Shown here: positions 1 through 11,800 of the stretch, one piece after another
How positions within the stretch are numbered: position 1 is the stretch's first letter
How the letters are laid out: each line of letters begins with the position of its first letter
Source of the DNA: Macrostomum hystrix
Lineage: Eukaryota; Animalia; Platyhelminthes
Length of the DNA: 64,000 nucleotides
Assembly: GCA_950097015.1 (NCBI GenBank)
Contig: CATNEN010000008.1
Span: 2,728,001 to 2,792,000 of the forward strand
Reading direction: 5' to 3'
Notes under the pieces: generated by a model
Told to the model about the DNA's origin: nothing
The model's input: the letters and a program-made list of their open reading frames with translations, nothing else
Databases searched by the model: none
Position numbers and translations under genes: made by a program

Positions 1-659
1 AAAACGCGCACCTTCCTAAAAAATACTTATACTTATCTAGGCTTATTTTATAAGATTATTTTTAATAGACACAAAAAGTTGCTGCATTCTTGGCATTTGT
101 TTGCCAAATATAAACTCCCTAAACTTTACCATGGTTAGCTGGCTAGCTTACACTCTCTGAATAGTGCGCAGTGTAAATCAATACATCAGGCAGCATTTAG
201 CAATTACACAAGCCCCAATGATTGTGGATTTAGGGATGGCAGGCAGGAGGGAGGAGATAAATTATCCCACCCCTTAACTGCGCATCCGGATTCCCATTGC
301 CAGATAATTGCCAGGCCGGACTACATTGCGCCAGAGAGCAGACTTCGTGATGGGACTCGCGGCTTGGGATTAATACAAATCGGCCTAGTATCTCTCGAAT
401 TCTCGCCGAACCGCTAGAAGTACCAACCAGACGACACCCAGTGCTCGGACCCATTTTCTGGGATCTGAGAGCACTAGCGATTTACTCTCTGGACTAGAGT
501 TTCCCTACTGCAAAGCGGCTTTCGCGCAACAGTGCACTTATAATATTTCTAGAATAACCAGTAGGGCATTCTGAAGATTTAGAACACTAATCCTTTATCA
601 TCACAGAACCCAAAGGGGGAATCTTTGACCTGAAGTCAACTACCCAGAACCTGAAGGCG

Positions 660-1000
660 AATACCGACATGAAAAAATCTACACAGAACCTAAAACAATC
701 TACACAGAACCTGAAACAATCTACCCACAGCCTGAAACAATCTACCCACAGCCTGAAACTATCTATCCAGAACCTGAAACAATCTACCCAGAGCCTAAAA
801 CAATCTACCCACAGCCTGAAGCAATCTATCCAGAACCTGAAACAATCTACCCAGAGCCTGAAACAATCTACCCACAGCCTAAAACAATCTACCCACAGCC
901 TGAAACAATCTACCCACAGCCTGAAACAATCTATCCAGAACCTGAAACAATCTATCCAGAACCTGAAACAATCTATCCAGAACCTGAAACAATCGACTTA
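660..1000. repeat. 21-bp minisatellite (cagaacctgaaacaatctacc-like)
   Basis: About 15 tandem units; explains the NLKQSTQ-repeat ORF 669..1001. Confidence 0.9.
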
Positions 1001-1591
1001 AAGTCAGAAAAAATTTACGTTAAATCTGAACTGAGCTACGCAGAACCTGAAGCAGTCTACCAATTCACTGAAACAATCTACTCATAATCTGAAGGCAAAA
1101 ACCGTCGTTGGAAACGATCTGCTAAGGAACAATAAAGCATTCATCCCGGACATTAGGGCGAACGAAGGCCTGAAAGTGAAGAATTGAAAAAATCTACCTT
1201 AAACCTGAAGGTGAATCCAACCCCAAAGGTAAAAATCTGCCATTCTAAAGCCAAACTCAACCGGAAGATAAATCAGCTTTTGTGTTACAAGTGTTCAATT
1301 TTTCTGTCCGTTCGAAACCAAACATAAAGCGAAATCTGCACAAGTGTAGCAGCCAGCAATGCAACTGCATCTGCACAGGAAGTGGCGTCTTCGCAAATGA
1401 TCGATTGCGCAAGTTTTACAAGCCAAAAGCAAAGATAAAGAACAGGAAAATGTTGACTTGCTTCGCTTACTAATAGCTTTAGTATTTAGATCCTAGATTA
1501 TAATACTAATTATACACTCGCAATTGCTATTATTTTAAGAACCACTACAAAAGCAGTTTTTTGTTGGCTGTACCATTCCTACCACTGACTA

Positions 1592-1875
1592 GGAGGTCAG
1601 CGGTAGAGCGGACTAGCGCGATTGCATCTCGCACCAAGGTCCCTGAGACCGATTCCGCGGCGAGGCCACATTCATTTGGGGCGCAGCCGCGTAGAGAAAG
1701 GCTTTGGGGGGGGCTTGCCGTGCAATTTACGCCCATGAGGGCCAACCTCCAAGGCGCAGCGCACTTCCTGACGATGAGAAAGTCGTGTGCCTGCGTACGG
1801 CATCTGTGTGCGTGTGTGCTCAGGAGGCAGCGAAATGAGCAGAATTGCCTCCTCGCTGACTGCGGGTCTAGTGTC
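1592..1875 (+). mobile_element. tRNA-headed SINE-like element, family B, copy 1
   Basis: Homologous to 13681-14007 and 17410-17775 (shared ccaacctccaaggc, cctgacgatgagaaagtc, tctgtgtgcgtgtgtgctcaggag). Head has an A-box-like (cggtagagcgg) and a degenerate B-box-like (accgattcc) motif. Confidence 0.7.
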
Positions 1876-2504
1876 ACTTAATTAATGACACAAATTGGTT
1901 CCCTGAGATTCGAACTCTTGACCATTTAGAATATTCTTCAGTCAATCGAATTGTGTGCTCCGGAAAAAGAAGTCACGAAACTCGCCAACTGTGTCCCCGA
2001 ATTCCCTGATTAGACATAGAAATTATAAAAGTACAATCTGATGTTGACCAAGGCCTCTAGCTGTGATGAAGAGATATTGAGAGGAGAGGAAAATTCTCTG
2101 GGCCGATATATATTAACTTTCTACGAACTCTGTGACACTGCAAGTTCATGGCATTTATGTTATGTCAATACAAGCCCGATCAATTAATACTAAATGACAC
2201 CATGTAAACTAACTTTATTATATATTTTGACATCACAATATTAATCGTAAGTTAGAAACGACGAAATAAAAATAGATTGAAACATAAATAAGTAGTATAT
2301 GTACACTATAAATGACATTATATAGAATTAGTCAAGATAATTGATTACTGAACATGCTAATAATGTTGCATATATGTATTAATAAATTTCATAACTTGGC
2401 GCTATTCGCTAAGAAAACAAACAAACAAACAATCAATAAAATGAAGTAAGTATAGTCAGAACTCAAAATTGCTTTTTTTTCTAGCTATCTTCTAGGGGCA
2501 GACT

Positions 2505-4862
2505 TTAGGCGGCCGACGTGTCCCTGCCGCAGGTGAGTTTGTGAAACATTTTCTCATCCAATAATTGACTCTTCTCAGGCTTTCTCAGACTCAAGAATAC
2601 GTAGCCGCCGATGTACTCGGCCAGGGTCTTACAGACCGCGGCCTTCAGAGCCGGATTGGTGGGACAGGGCGTCAGGCTCATGAAGTGCGGAGGACGATTC
2701 AAACTGGCGCTGAGGTTGAGCACCTCCCAGTTGACTGTCCAGGAGTCGAGCTCGTGATATCGCCAGGTTGTCACGGCCTCGCCAGTCTGATGATCCAGTC
2801 GCATGATTCGATTGAAGGCCACACCGAACAGCTCCGGCTTGCGGTGCTTCAGCTGCTGGCGGCGCTCGCGTCGGAATTCTTCAAAGCTGATGGTGGCTCC
2901 GCCGCCTCCACCGCTACCCCCGGCGGGCAGCTGTTCGCTGTAGTACACACAGAAGTAGGTTACACCAGACATTGGCAGACGCTGCCAGGCCCGAATGTAC
3001 TCAAGCTTGGCCTCCAGACGGCTCTTATCGAGTAGGCGAGCCCGGCGCTCAAGAATCTGGCGCGCCAGGCCGCGCTGCTTGCCGCCGCTGCCGGCATTCT
3101 TCAAAGCCGACATTGGCAGATAGTCAGCCGGGTCCAGATTCTCCACAATGTCTTCAACAGCTGGCGTAGAAGATTCTGACACTTCTAGTAGCGGAGACAC
3201 AGTTGACGGACACTGCAGCTCCAGACGTGCTAAAGTGTCGCGCACTTCGGCTGAGAACAGATCACGGCTAGCCAAGGTGCGGCCCCGCACCGCCAGACTG
3301 AGGCCGGCCGACCATTCGGCGAATTCTCGCCTGGCGTGTCCGCCGCCGAAGCGGATTCGCCACCAGCCACCGCCGCCGCTGCTAGACGAAGATGGCAGCA
3401 GGCGAATGGACAGGCGGCCGCTCGCAGTCTCGGGCAGCACCTCGGCGCCGGCCAAAGCCAGTTCAAACAGCGGCTGGGCTCGGCCAGCCTGGCTGTCATC
3501 GGAGCAGACTAGCAGCTGCAGCTCTCGGAGGATTAGATACCGACGCTTGGCTGAATCGCCACCACGAAGGGTCAGCGTTGAGAACATTCCGCCGCTCCCG
3601 CCACCGCCTCCTCCAGAAGAGACCTTCAACCAGGCGGCCATCTCTGGGACAGAGTCAATCGGCGCCGACGTAGCCGGAGCGGCGCGGCCGATTGTTGTCG
3701 AAGCCAGGACGGGTGGCAGCAGGCCGTCAACTGCCGACGTTGATGACAACGAGAGCGACGCCTCCAGCTGAGCCAGATCAGCGTCGATTTCGGCATCCAG
3801 CAGGGCGTCAGCGTTCGACACAGTCAGCGGACTCGAGGACTGCAGCAGTGTGGACGAAGCCGGGGAGGCCGGCAGTGCGGGACCGGCTCCCAGCTGAGCC
3901 TGCAGTTGCAGAGCCGCCATCACCATGGCCTCCTCCTCTGTGCACTGCTGCTCACCATTGAGCACAGTCCATTTAGCCTGCTCAAACAACTGATTGATTC
4001 GGATGGAATCCAGCTGCGGATTCAAATCATAGTGGGAGTGGAATTTGAAGCGAAGCCGCAGGGGCACTCCGGTGCCAGGCCGGAGTCCCTGCTCCATGAG
4101 GCTGCGCGACGAGTCCAGCCAGGATTCGACACCGCAGGCAGCCGCCCGTTCAGCCGGCGTGCGCGGTGGTCGCCGACCGCCCCCACCGCCGCCCCCTAGA
4201 CGACGCGGCGTAGTTGGCACCCGGGGACTGTCAGCCAAGGTGGCCAAGCTGCCACTGTCGATGCAGTCACCTAGACTGCCGCCAAGGCTGCCCAGAGAAG
4301 CAGCCGACCGAGGACTCGGCGAAGGTCGCATTGGGCTAGACGGACTATTGTTCTGATTCTTTTTATTCTTTTTTTTAGGCCGCAATAGGCTGCCGTTGTT
4401 GCTGCCGCCGCTATCGCCGGGTTCGTTGGGATTGTCGCCGGCAAGGTCGTCGGCTTGAAGTGACAATTCTTCGGGATGCCGAATATTCAACTCGCGGCAG
4501 GCCGACACAACAACAGAGAATACAGGCTGGGCGAAGCTCAGGCGCATGTCAATCTCCTGCAGGTCGGGCAGCTGCACCCGGGCGTAGCCGTGCATTCGGT
4601 GGAATTCTAGCTTGGCATCAGCCTGCAGGCCGCACTGATCCAGAGTCTGCCGGGTCTTCAATAGCCAGCGATTGTGCGCCGGCCACCACAGGCCGTGATC
4701 CGACCAGTCCATTTTAACGTCGATCGCTTCAACTAGGCGCAGCATTAGGCCGCCAATGTGAGTTTCGCCGCCAACTCGCAGGCGGCGAGTGATTTGCAGA
4801 TCGTCGACTAGCACTGCCAGCTCCCAGGTGCCGTCTACGTAGACACCGCCGCCAAGGTTCAT
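2505..4862 (-). CDS. FERMT: Kindlin/fermitin family FERM-PH protein, 785 aa, single exon
   Basis: F0 GTWELAVLV..HIGGLMLRLVEAIDVKMDWSDHGLWW; F2 RINQLFEQAKW; F3 WTVNWE and IGGYVFLS..LDEKMFHKLT all match kindlin family motifs; one uninterrupted ORF. Confidence 0.97.
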   Translation of the reverse strand: MNLGGGVYVDGTWELAVLVDDLQITRRLRVGGETHIGGLMLRLVEAIDVKMDWSDHGLWWPAHNRWLLKTRQTLDQCGLQADAKLEFHRMHGYARVQLPDLQEIDMRLSFAQPVFSVVVSACRELNIRHPEELSLQADDLAGDNPNEPGDSGGSNNGSLLRPKKKNKKNQNNSPSSPMRPSPSPRSAASLGSLGGSLGDCIDSGSLATLADSPRVPTTPRRLGGGGGGGRRPPRTPAERAAACGVESWLDSSRSLMEQGLRPGTGVPLRLRFKFHSHYDLNPQLDSIRINQLFEQAKWTVLNGEQQCTEEEAMVMAALQLQAQLGAGPALPASPASSTLLQSSSPLTVSNADALLDAEIDADLAQLEASLSLSSTSAVDGLLPPVLASTTIGRAAPATSAPIDSVPEMAAWLKVSSGGGGGGSGGMFSTLTLRGGDSAKRRYLILRELQLLVCSDDSQAGRAQPLFELALAGAEVLPETASGRLSIRLLPSSSSSGGGGWWRIRFGGGHARREFAEWSAGLSLAVRGRTLASRDLFSAEVRDTLARLELQCPSTVSPLLEVSESSTPAVEDIVENLDPADYLPMSALKNAGSGGKQRGLARQILERRARLLDKSRLEAKLEYIRAWQRLPMSGVTYFCVYYSEQLPAGGSGGGGGATISFEEFRRERRQQLKHRKPELFGVAFNRIMRLDHQTGEAVTTWRYHELDSWTVNWEVLNLSASLNRPPHFMSLTPCPTNPALKAAVCKTLAEYIGGYVFLSLRKPEKSQLLDEKMFHKLTCGRDTSAA

Positions 4863-5824
4863 GACTGACGATATAGACTAAGACACTGCTGCTAATGGAT
4901 CCAATATGGAATCTAATTGCAGGCCAACCAGTCGTGCTGCTTCCTGTCCCTAGGATGCCTATTTTAGTCGATCGGGCGCTGGCGGTAGCTGCGAGTTTAG
5001 ATGTAGAAACGCCAAGGCCGTGTGTGATACGTGTTTGAGGGTGAGGGCTGTTGGTGAGTCACAGACGCAGGCCATTGGACACGGCTGGTGTCCAGGAAAT
5101 CGTAGAGAAAAAGAGAGAGAGAGAAGAAGAAAGAGAGAGTGCGCGCGTGTTTGCCTGTTCTGCGAAAGGAAACGAAACGCCCAAGGCGGTCGAATAAATG
5201 TACATCTAAATGAAACTTTCGTGTCGGAGACAGAGGGATAAGAGAAAGTCTTCTGGTTCACTTACTAGAAGAAGAAGAAGAGAGTAAACAGATAACAAGG
5301 CATATAGGATCTGTGATTTCTAAAGAAAGTGAAGAAACTCTCATATATAGAAGATTAACTAATAAACAAGCCATTGGCAGTTAGTGATGCTTAGACATAA
5401 TGTCGCTTAATATGAGACTGCATGACTATAATATACTAGTTAGATCTGCACAACTAGAACTGAATAATAAAGTTTATAGAACTAAAACAATCTTCTAGGA
5501 CACATTTTTTGCAATACGTCTTCGATTTTCACCGTGCAGTCGGCAGTGGGGGTTCACAAAGGAATTTAACTGGTTTTCTTATTTTATCACATGACTAAAA
5601 CATCACATTCGCCAATCTACTGTAAGTAGTGAAAAAGATACTTATTTTTTTTTAATTTTAGAACAAGTTATCATTAACACATTTCATAGCTACAGTTCTT
5701 TGATAGATTGCGGTGTATTAAACAAGAGTTAAAAGATTCGAATCTAAGACCTTCGTGATTAAGGTCTAAATAGACAGACGAAACGTTTCAATAAACAAAA
5801 GCAAAATTATTTTATAATTCTTAC

Positions 5825-8800
5825 ATTCGTCTGCGCGCCTCTCTGCAGACCCGAAGACTCCTGAGCCGTGCTTGCCGGAGCCGAAGCCGCAGCCGTTGTT
5901 TTGGCAGCGCCAACAACACTGGCCTGAGTCTCCTGTTGACCTTCGCGTCTACGCTTCTCCCAATAGTTGCGATCCAAGTAGACCACTAGCTCAGGATCCA
6001 TGCCAGAAGTATCCAGCTTGGAGTACAGACCACCGCCTGAGCCACCGGACGGCGATCCGCCCTGCTGCTGCTGCTGACGCGGCTTTGAACGCTAGGGCAA
6101 GAGTAAGAATTTCGCCTAGCCATCAACTTTGTGTGCTTTAATTAAGCTTTTAGAGTTACATTTAAGAGAAATTTAAGATTTTCAAGGATCTTAATCCTAA
6201 CAACAATTGATTAACAATTGATTACACCTGTCCCAATTGGGCCAGATGTGCAGCCGACAGCACAGCCGCAGCTATTGCGCGGCGCATCTGACTGCGTACA
6301 GCTGTTCAGTCCATGGACTGGGGGGACGCCACACCCACCTTCAATTATCCCAGCTGATGCTGGAACCCATTTAACAGCTGGGTGAACTGAAGCAATGCAG
6401 AGTTAAGTGTCTTGCTAAAGGACACAAATTGTTTCAGTGGAGTCGGGAATCGAACCTCCGACCTTCAAGTCGTGAGTCCGACGCCCTAACCTCTAGGCTA
6501 ATTATCAAAATCTCACCTATTAAACGGAGATAATTATCAAAATCTCATCCAAAGGACGGAGATAATTATCAAAATCTCACCCAAAGGACGGAGATAATTA
6601 TCAAAATCTCACCCAAAGTACGGAGATAATTATCAAAATCTCACCCAAAGGACGGAGATAATTATCCAAATCTCACCTATAGGACAGATAATAATCTCAT
6701 TATTATGAGATTTAAATCTCATCCAAAGGAAGGAGAAAGTTATCAAAATCTCACCGAAAGGAAGGAGATAATTATCTAAATCTCATCCAAAGGACGGAGA
6801 TAATTATCAAAATCTCACCGAAAGGAAGGAGAAAATTATCAAAATCTCACCGAAAGGAAGGAGAAAATTATCAAAATCTCATCCATAGGAAGGAGAAAGT
6901 TATCAAAATCTCATCCAAAGGACGGAGATAATTATCAAAATCTCATCCAAAGGACGGAGATAATTATCAAAATCTCACTGAAAGGAAGGAGATAATTATC
7001 AAAATCTCATCCAAAGGACGGAGATAATTATCAAAATCTCATCCAAAGGACGGAGATAATTATCAAAATCTCATCCAAAGGACGGAGATAATTATCAAAA
7101 TCTCATCCAAAGGACGGAGATAATTATCAAAATCTCACCGAAAGGAAGGAGATAATTATCAAAATCTCACCGAAAGGAAGGAGATAATTATCAAAATCTC
7201 ATCCAAGGGACAGAGACAAATAGTGCCCTAGAAACAATATTTTTGCAACAGAAAGTCTTCAAACCTGAAAACTCACCTGGTTAGCCTTGGACTCGGCCTC
7301 GGAAGCGCTTAAAGCCAGGGCCAATTCTAATTCTTCTTTCTCGCGCAGCTCCAATTCGCGCTCCTTGTCCTTGCTCATCTGGGGACAGAGATAGACAGAC
7401 AGAGGAGAGTGAGTGGAGGGCTGAGATTAGTAATCGAGGCGTGCAATGTGTGCCTGTTTGGAAAGCGGACAATTAGAACACTAGAGAGTCGTTTTGGGGT
7501 GAGAAAGACACTGAACATCGGTCAGAGTAAGTTTGTTATAATTGCTATGTTCAACTCCGTTTATGTACTCCGATGCATTTCTAAGCAGAAATGAATGAAG
7601 TGTACCTGGATAAAATTTCTCTATCTTATTTTATTGCAAAGAACTTGAGTCATTGGATTAATTTTTTAGATATTTTAGATTCAGATTTGAGGATCTGGGA
7701 TTTGTGTGGTTGGCCAATCAGATTTGAGGATCTGGGATTTGTGTGGTTGGCCAATCAGATTTGAGGATCTGGGATTTGTGTGGTTGGCCAATCAGATTTG
7801 AGGATCTGGGATTTGTGTGGTTGGACAATCAGATTTGAGGATCTGGGATTTGTGTGGCTGGCCAATCAGATTTGAGGATCTGGGATTTGTGGTTGGCCAA
7901 TCAGATTTGAGGATCTGGGATTTGTGTGGTTGGCCAATCAGATTTGACGATCTAGGATTTGTGTGGCTGGCCAATCAGATTTGAGGATCTGGGATTTGTG
8001 TGGCTGTCCAATCAGTTTTGAGGATCTGTGATTTGTGGTTGGCCAATCAGATTTGAGGATCTGGGATTTGTGTGGCTGAGCAATCAGATTTGAGGATCTG
8101 GGATTTGTGTGGCTGGCCAATCAGATTTGACGATCTAGGATTTGTGTGGCTGGCCAATCAGATTTGAGGATCTGGGATTTGTGTGGCTGTCCAATTAGTT
8201 TTGAGGATCTGTGATTTGTGGTTGGCCAATCAGATTTGAGGATCTGGGATTTGTGTGGCTGAGCAATCAGATTTGAGGATCTGGGATTTGTGTGGCTGGC
8301 CAATCATATTTGAGGATCTAGGATTTGTGTGGCTGTCCAATCAGTTTTGAGGATCTGTGATTTGCGGTTGGCCAATCATATTCGAGGATCTGGGATTTGT
8401 ATGGTTGGTCAATCATATTTGAGGATCTAGGATTTGTGTGGCTGTCCAATCAGTTTTGAGGATCTGGGATTTGTGGTTGGCCAATCAGATTTGAGGATCT
8501 GGGATTTGTAAGGTTGGCCAATCATATTTGAGGATCTAGGATTTGTGTGGCTGTCCAATCAGTTTTGAGGATCTGTGATTTGTGGTTGGCCAATCAGATT
8601 TGAGGATCTGGGATTTATATGTTGACAGCGATAAGTGTTTTAAAGTTTTTAAAAGCAGATTAAAACATACCGCACGAGAAACTCATTAGATGCTTATAAG
8701 TTAAAGTCAAAGCACAAAAATATAAGTAAAAGTTATATTCTCGTATTTTTAAGCGAACAACAAGCATAAAATAAGAAATATATGACCAAATTGAAAGCAG

Positions 8801-11800
8801 CTAATGCGAGTTTAATATGCCGCGTACTACATAAGTCTGTGAACTGTTCCTACCGTATTTATAAATGCCCCTTTAAGTGCTTACTTGCGAATCCTCTGTG
8901 CCCTTGTATTGGAAAGAAAGGTTGACACAAAGGATGAAATAGAAAGTAAATTAGAATGTGTAATAAATATATTTTAACATCAGCTCATATGAATGCATAC
9001 CTTGGCCTCAGACTCCGCCTTATCGTCGAATCTATTGGGTTCGGCGCTTGCAGACCTGAGATTTCAAGGAGGAACAGAAAATGGAATGCAAATAGATATT
9101 TTATTACTCATTTATTGAACATAAAATATGTTTGAATGATAAAAGTTGAATGATAAAACAAAGAAACTAATAACAATATAAACTGCCATACTCTACTACA
9201 TGAATTACAATAAAAGGTCGAACTGTACCTAACTAAGCGCTTGTGCATGTTTTTATTGCTAGAGTCGGACGATTGGTGCTGATGCTTATGCTGATGCTGG
9301 TGCTGATTAGCAACTGAAAATACTGGACCTACGCTTGATTGATGCGTTGGCAAAGCGCTTAGCATCGAAAAGAGATTAAGGAATAGATAGTTGATTTTTT
9401 CTGAATGGTAAAATATATAAAAAATACGCTTATCCTACTACCCAAAAACAGTAGTATAGACAATGCTGACCGCTTCTAGAGGTACAATCAGTCTGCAGAA
9501 TGCATCAGAATGCAACCTGCACAATCACTATGGGTTCCTTAGCAACCTGCACAATCACCATGGGTTCCTTAGCAACCTGCACAATCAAATTGGGTTCCTT
9601 AGCAACCTGCACAATCACAATGGGTTCCTTAGCAACCTGCACAATCACAATGGGTTCCTTAGCAACCTGCACAATCACAATGGGTTCCTTAGCAACCTGC
9701 ACAATCACAATGGGTTCCTTAGCAACCTGCACAATCACCATGGGTTCCTTAGCAACCTGCACAATCACCATGGGTTCCTTAGCAACCTGCACAATCACAA
9801 TGGGTTCCTTAGCAACCTGCACAATCACCATGGGTTCCTTAGCAACCTGCACAATCACAATGGGTTCCTTAGCAACCTGCACAATCACCATGGGTTCCTT
9901 AGCAACCTGCACAATCACAATGGGTTCCATAGCAACCTGCACAATCACCATGGGTTCCTTAGCAACCTGCACAATCACCATGGGTTCCTTAGCAACCTGC
10001 ACAATCACCATGGGTTCCTTAGCAACCTGCACAATCACCATGGGTTCCTTAGCAACCTGCACAATCACCATAGATGCCTTAGCATCCTGCACAAACACCA
10101 TAGATGCCTTAGCAACCTGCACAAACACCATAGATGCCTTAGCAACCTGCACAAACACCATAGATGCCTTAGCAACCTGCACAAACACCATAGATGCCTT
10201 AGCAACCTGCACAAACACCATAGATGCCTTAGCAACCTGCACAAACACCATAGATGCCTTAGCAACCTGCACAAACACCATAGATTCCTTAGCAACCTTG
10301 ACTACCTAGCAACTGCAAACTATTTTAATGGTATCTTAGCAACGTGCATCCTTTTTACAGTTTACCCTAGCAGGACACAGAAAAATCCTAGACTGCTCAG
10401 AAAACAATAGATCCTCTAGGATAGGATGTTAGGATGTTAACAATAGGATGTTAATTACCTGTTGATTTCATCGTAGCAAGCTTTGCAGACGCGGACCTCC
10501 TTTTCAATGCCGAAGCGCGGTATATAAGATCGCTTGTCGGAGCACTCGTCGCAAAATATATTACCACACGAGCGGCAGTGATGCTTGCGCCTAAATGTGG
10601 TAAACTGGGCGCGGCACTTGTAACACAGCGAGCCCTCCTTCCACTCCGGCGCAGCCTCGGCTTCGAACATGGCGTCGGAGGAGCGCGTCGGAGGAAACGA
10701 ATGGCCTGCGGCGGGCGGAGACAACAGTGGGCGACATCTTATTAGATCTCATTAGCTGGCCAATCTGCTGGCTAACTTCAGGGAATAGCTGGCTAGCTTC
10801 AGGGAATAGCTGGCTAGCTTAAGGGACTAGCTCTTTAGCTTCAAGGAACAGCTGGCTCGTTAGCTTTAGGTAATAGCTCGTTAAGTTCAGGGAAGAACTG
10901 GCTAGCTTCAGGGAAGAACTGGCTAGCTTCAGGGAAGAACTGGCTAGCTTCAGGGAAGAGCTGGCTAGATTCAGGGAAGAACTGGCTAGATTCAGGGAAG
11001 AACTGGCTAGATTCAGGGAAGAACTGGCTAGCTTCAGTGAAGAGCTGGCTAGATTCAGGGAATAGCTGGCTAGCTTCAGGGAAGAACTGGCTAGCTTCAG
11101 GGAAGAACTGGCTAGCTTCAGGGAAGAACTGGCTAGCTTCAGGAAATAGCTGGCTAGCTTCAGGGAACACCTGGCTAGCTTTAATAAATAGCTTGGCAAT
11201 TAACTAATCGCTGGACTAGACCTTTATCAAAGACTCAATAACAAAATAAATATCAGAGCAAACGTACCCTCCCTTTTGAGCGAGGAGAACACGTCCTGAA
11301 TGCATCGGTAGCGACTCTGGCTAGAGAAAACCGAGGCCCAGATTTGAATCAGCTCCAGCACCTTCTCCTTTACAGGGTCCTGGCTCTGAAGTCAATGAAA
11401 ATAGGTAAATGTTTTCATAAGACTCACGCTACATTTTTAGTCAGGCTTAAAGAATTATACACATATGCTCAATTGAAACCTTGGACAACTCCTTCAACAG
11501 GTCGAGAAAATCCATTGTCAGAACTTCGTCGTACACTGGAGTGCCGCAGTTCTTCACCATGGCTTCCGTGGCCTAAGAAAATGGATTTTTTAGAGAAATT
11601 GTATGGAAATCTGAAATTTGGGTTTCTTAGCAACATGAAAATTTCCTTGTTTTCCTTAGCAACGTGTACTTTTCATTGTGTTCCTTAGCAACATGTACCT
11701 TTCCATGTGTTCTAGTTAGTCTATTTTGCCAAAACTGAATAAAGCAGAAAAAATTATCTATCTTACCTGCAGAGCATAGAAGACAGTGTGTGGATTTTCA

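Noticed and set aside
230-454. 74-aa ORF as a continuation of Hrs
   Set aside because: No similarity to the Hrs GAT/coiled-coil region in any minus frame and no convincing splice sites.
2565-4717. Several plus-strand ORFs overlapping kindlin
   Set aside because: Antisense shadows of a GC-rich coding sequence.
9463-10410. His/Asn-rich and Thr/Cys-rich repeat ORFs resembling antifreeze or adhesive proteins
   Set aside because: 30-bp intronic minisatellite inside Hrs; open in several frames on both strands.
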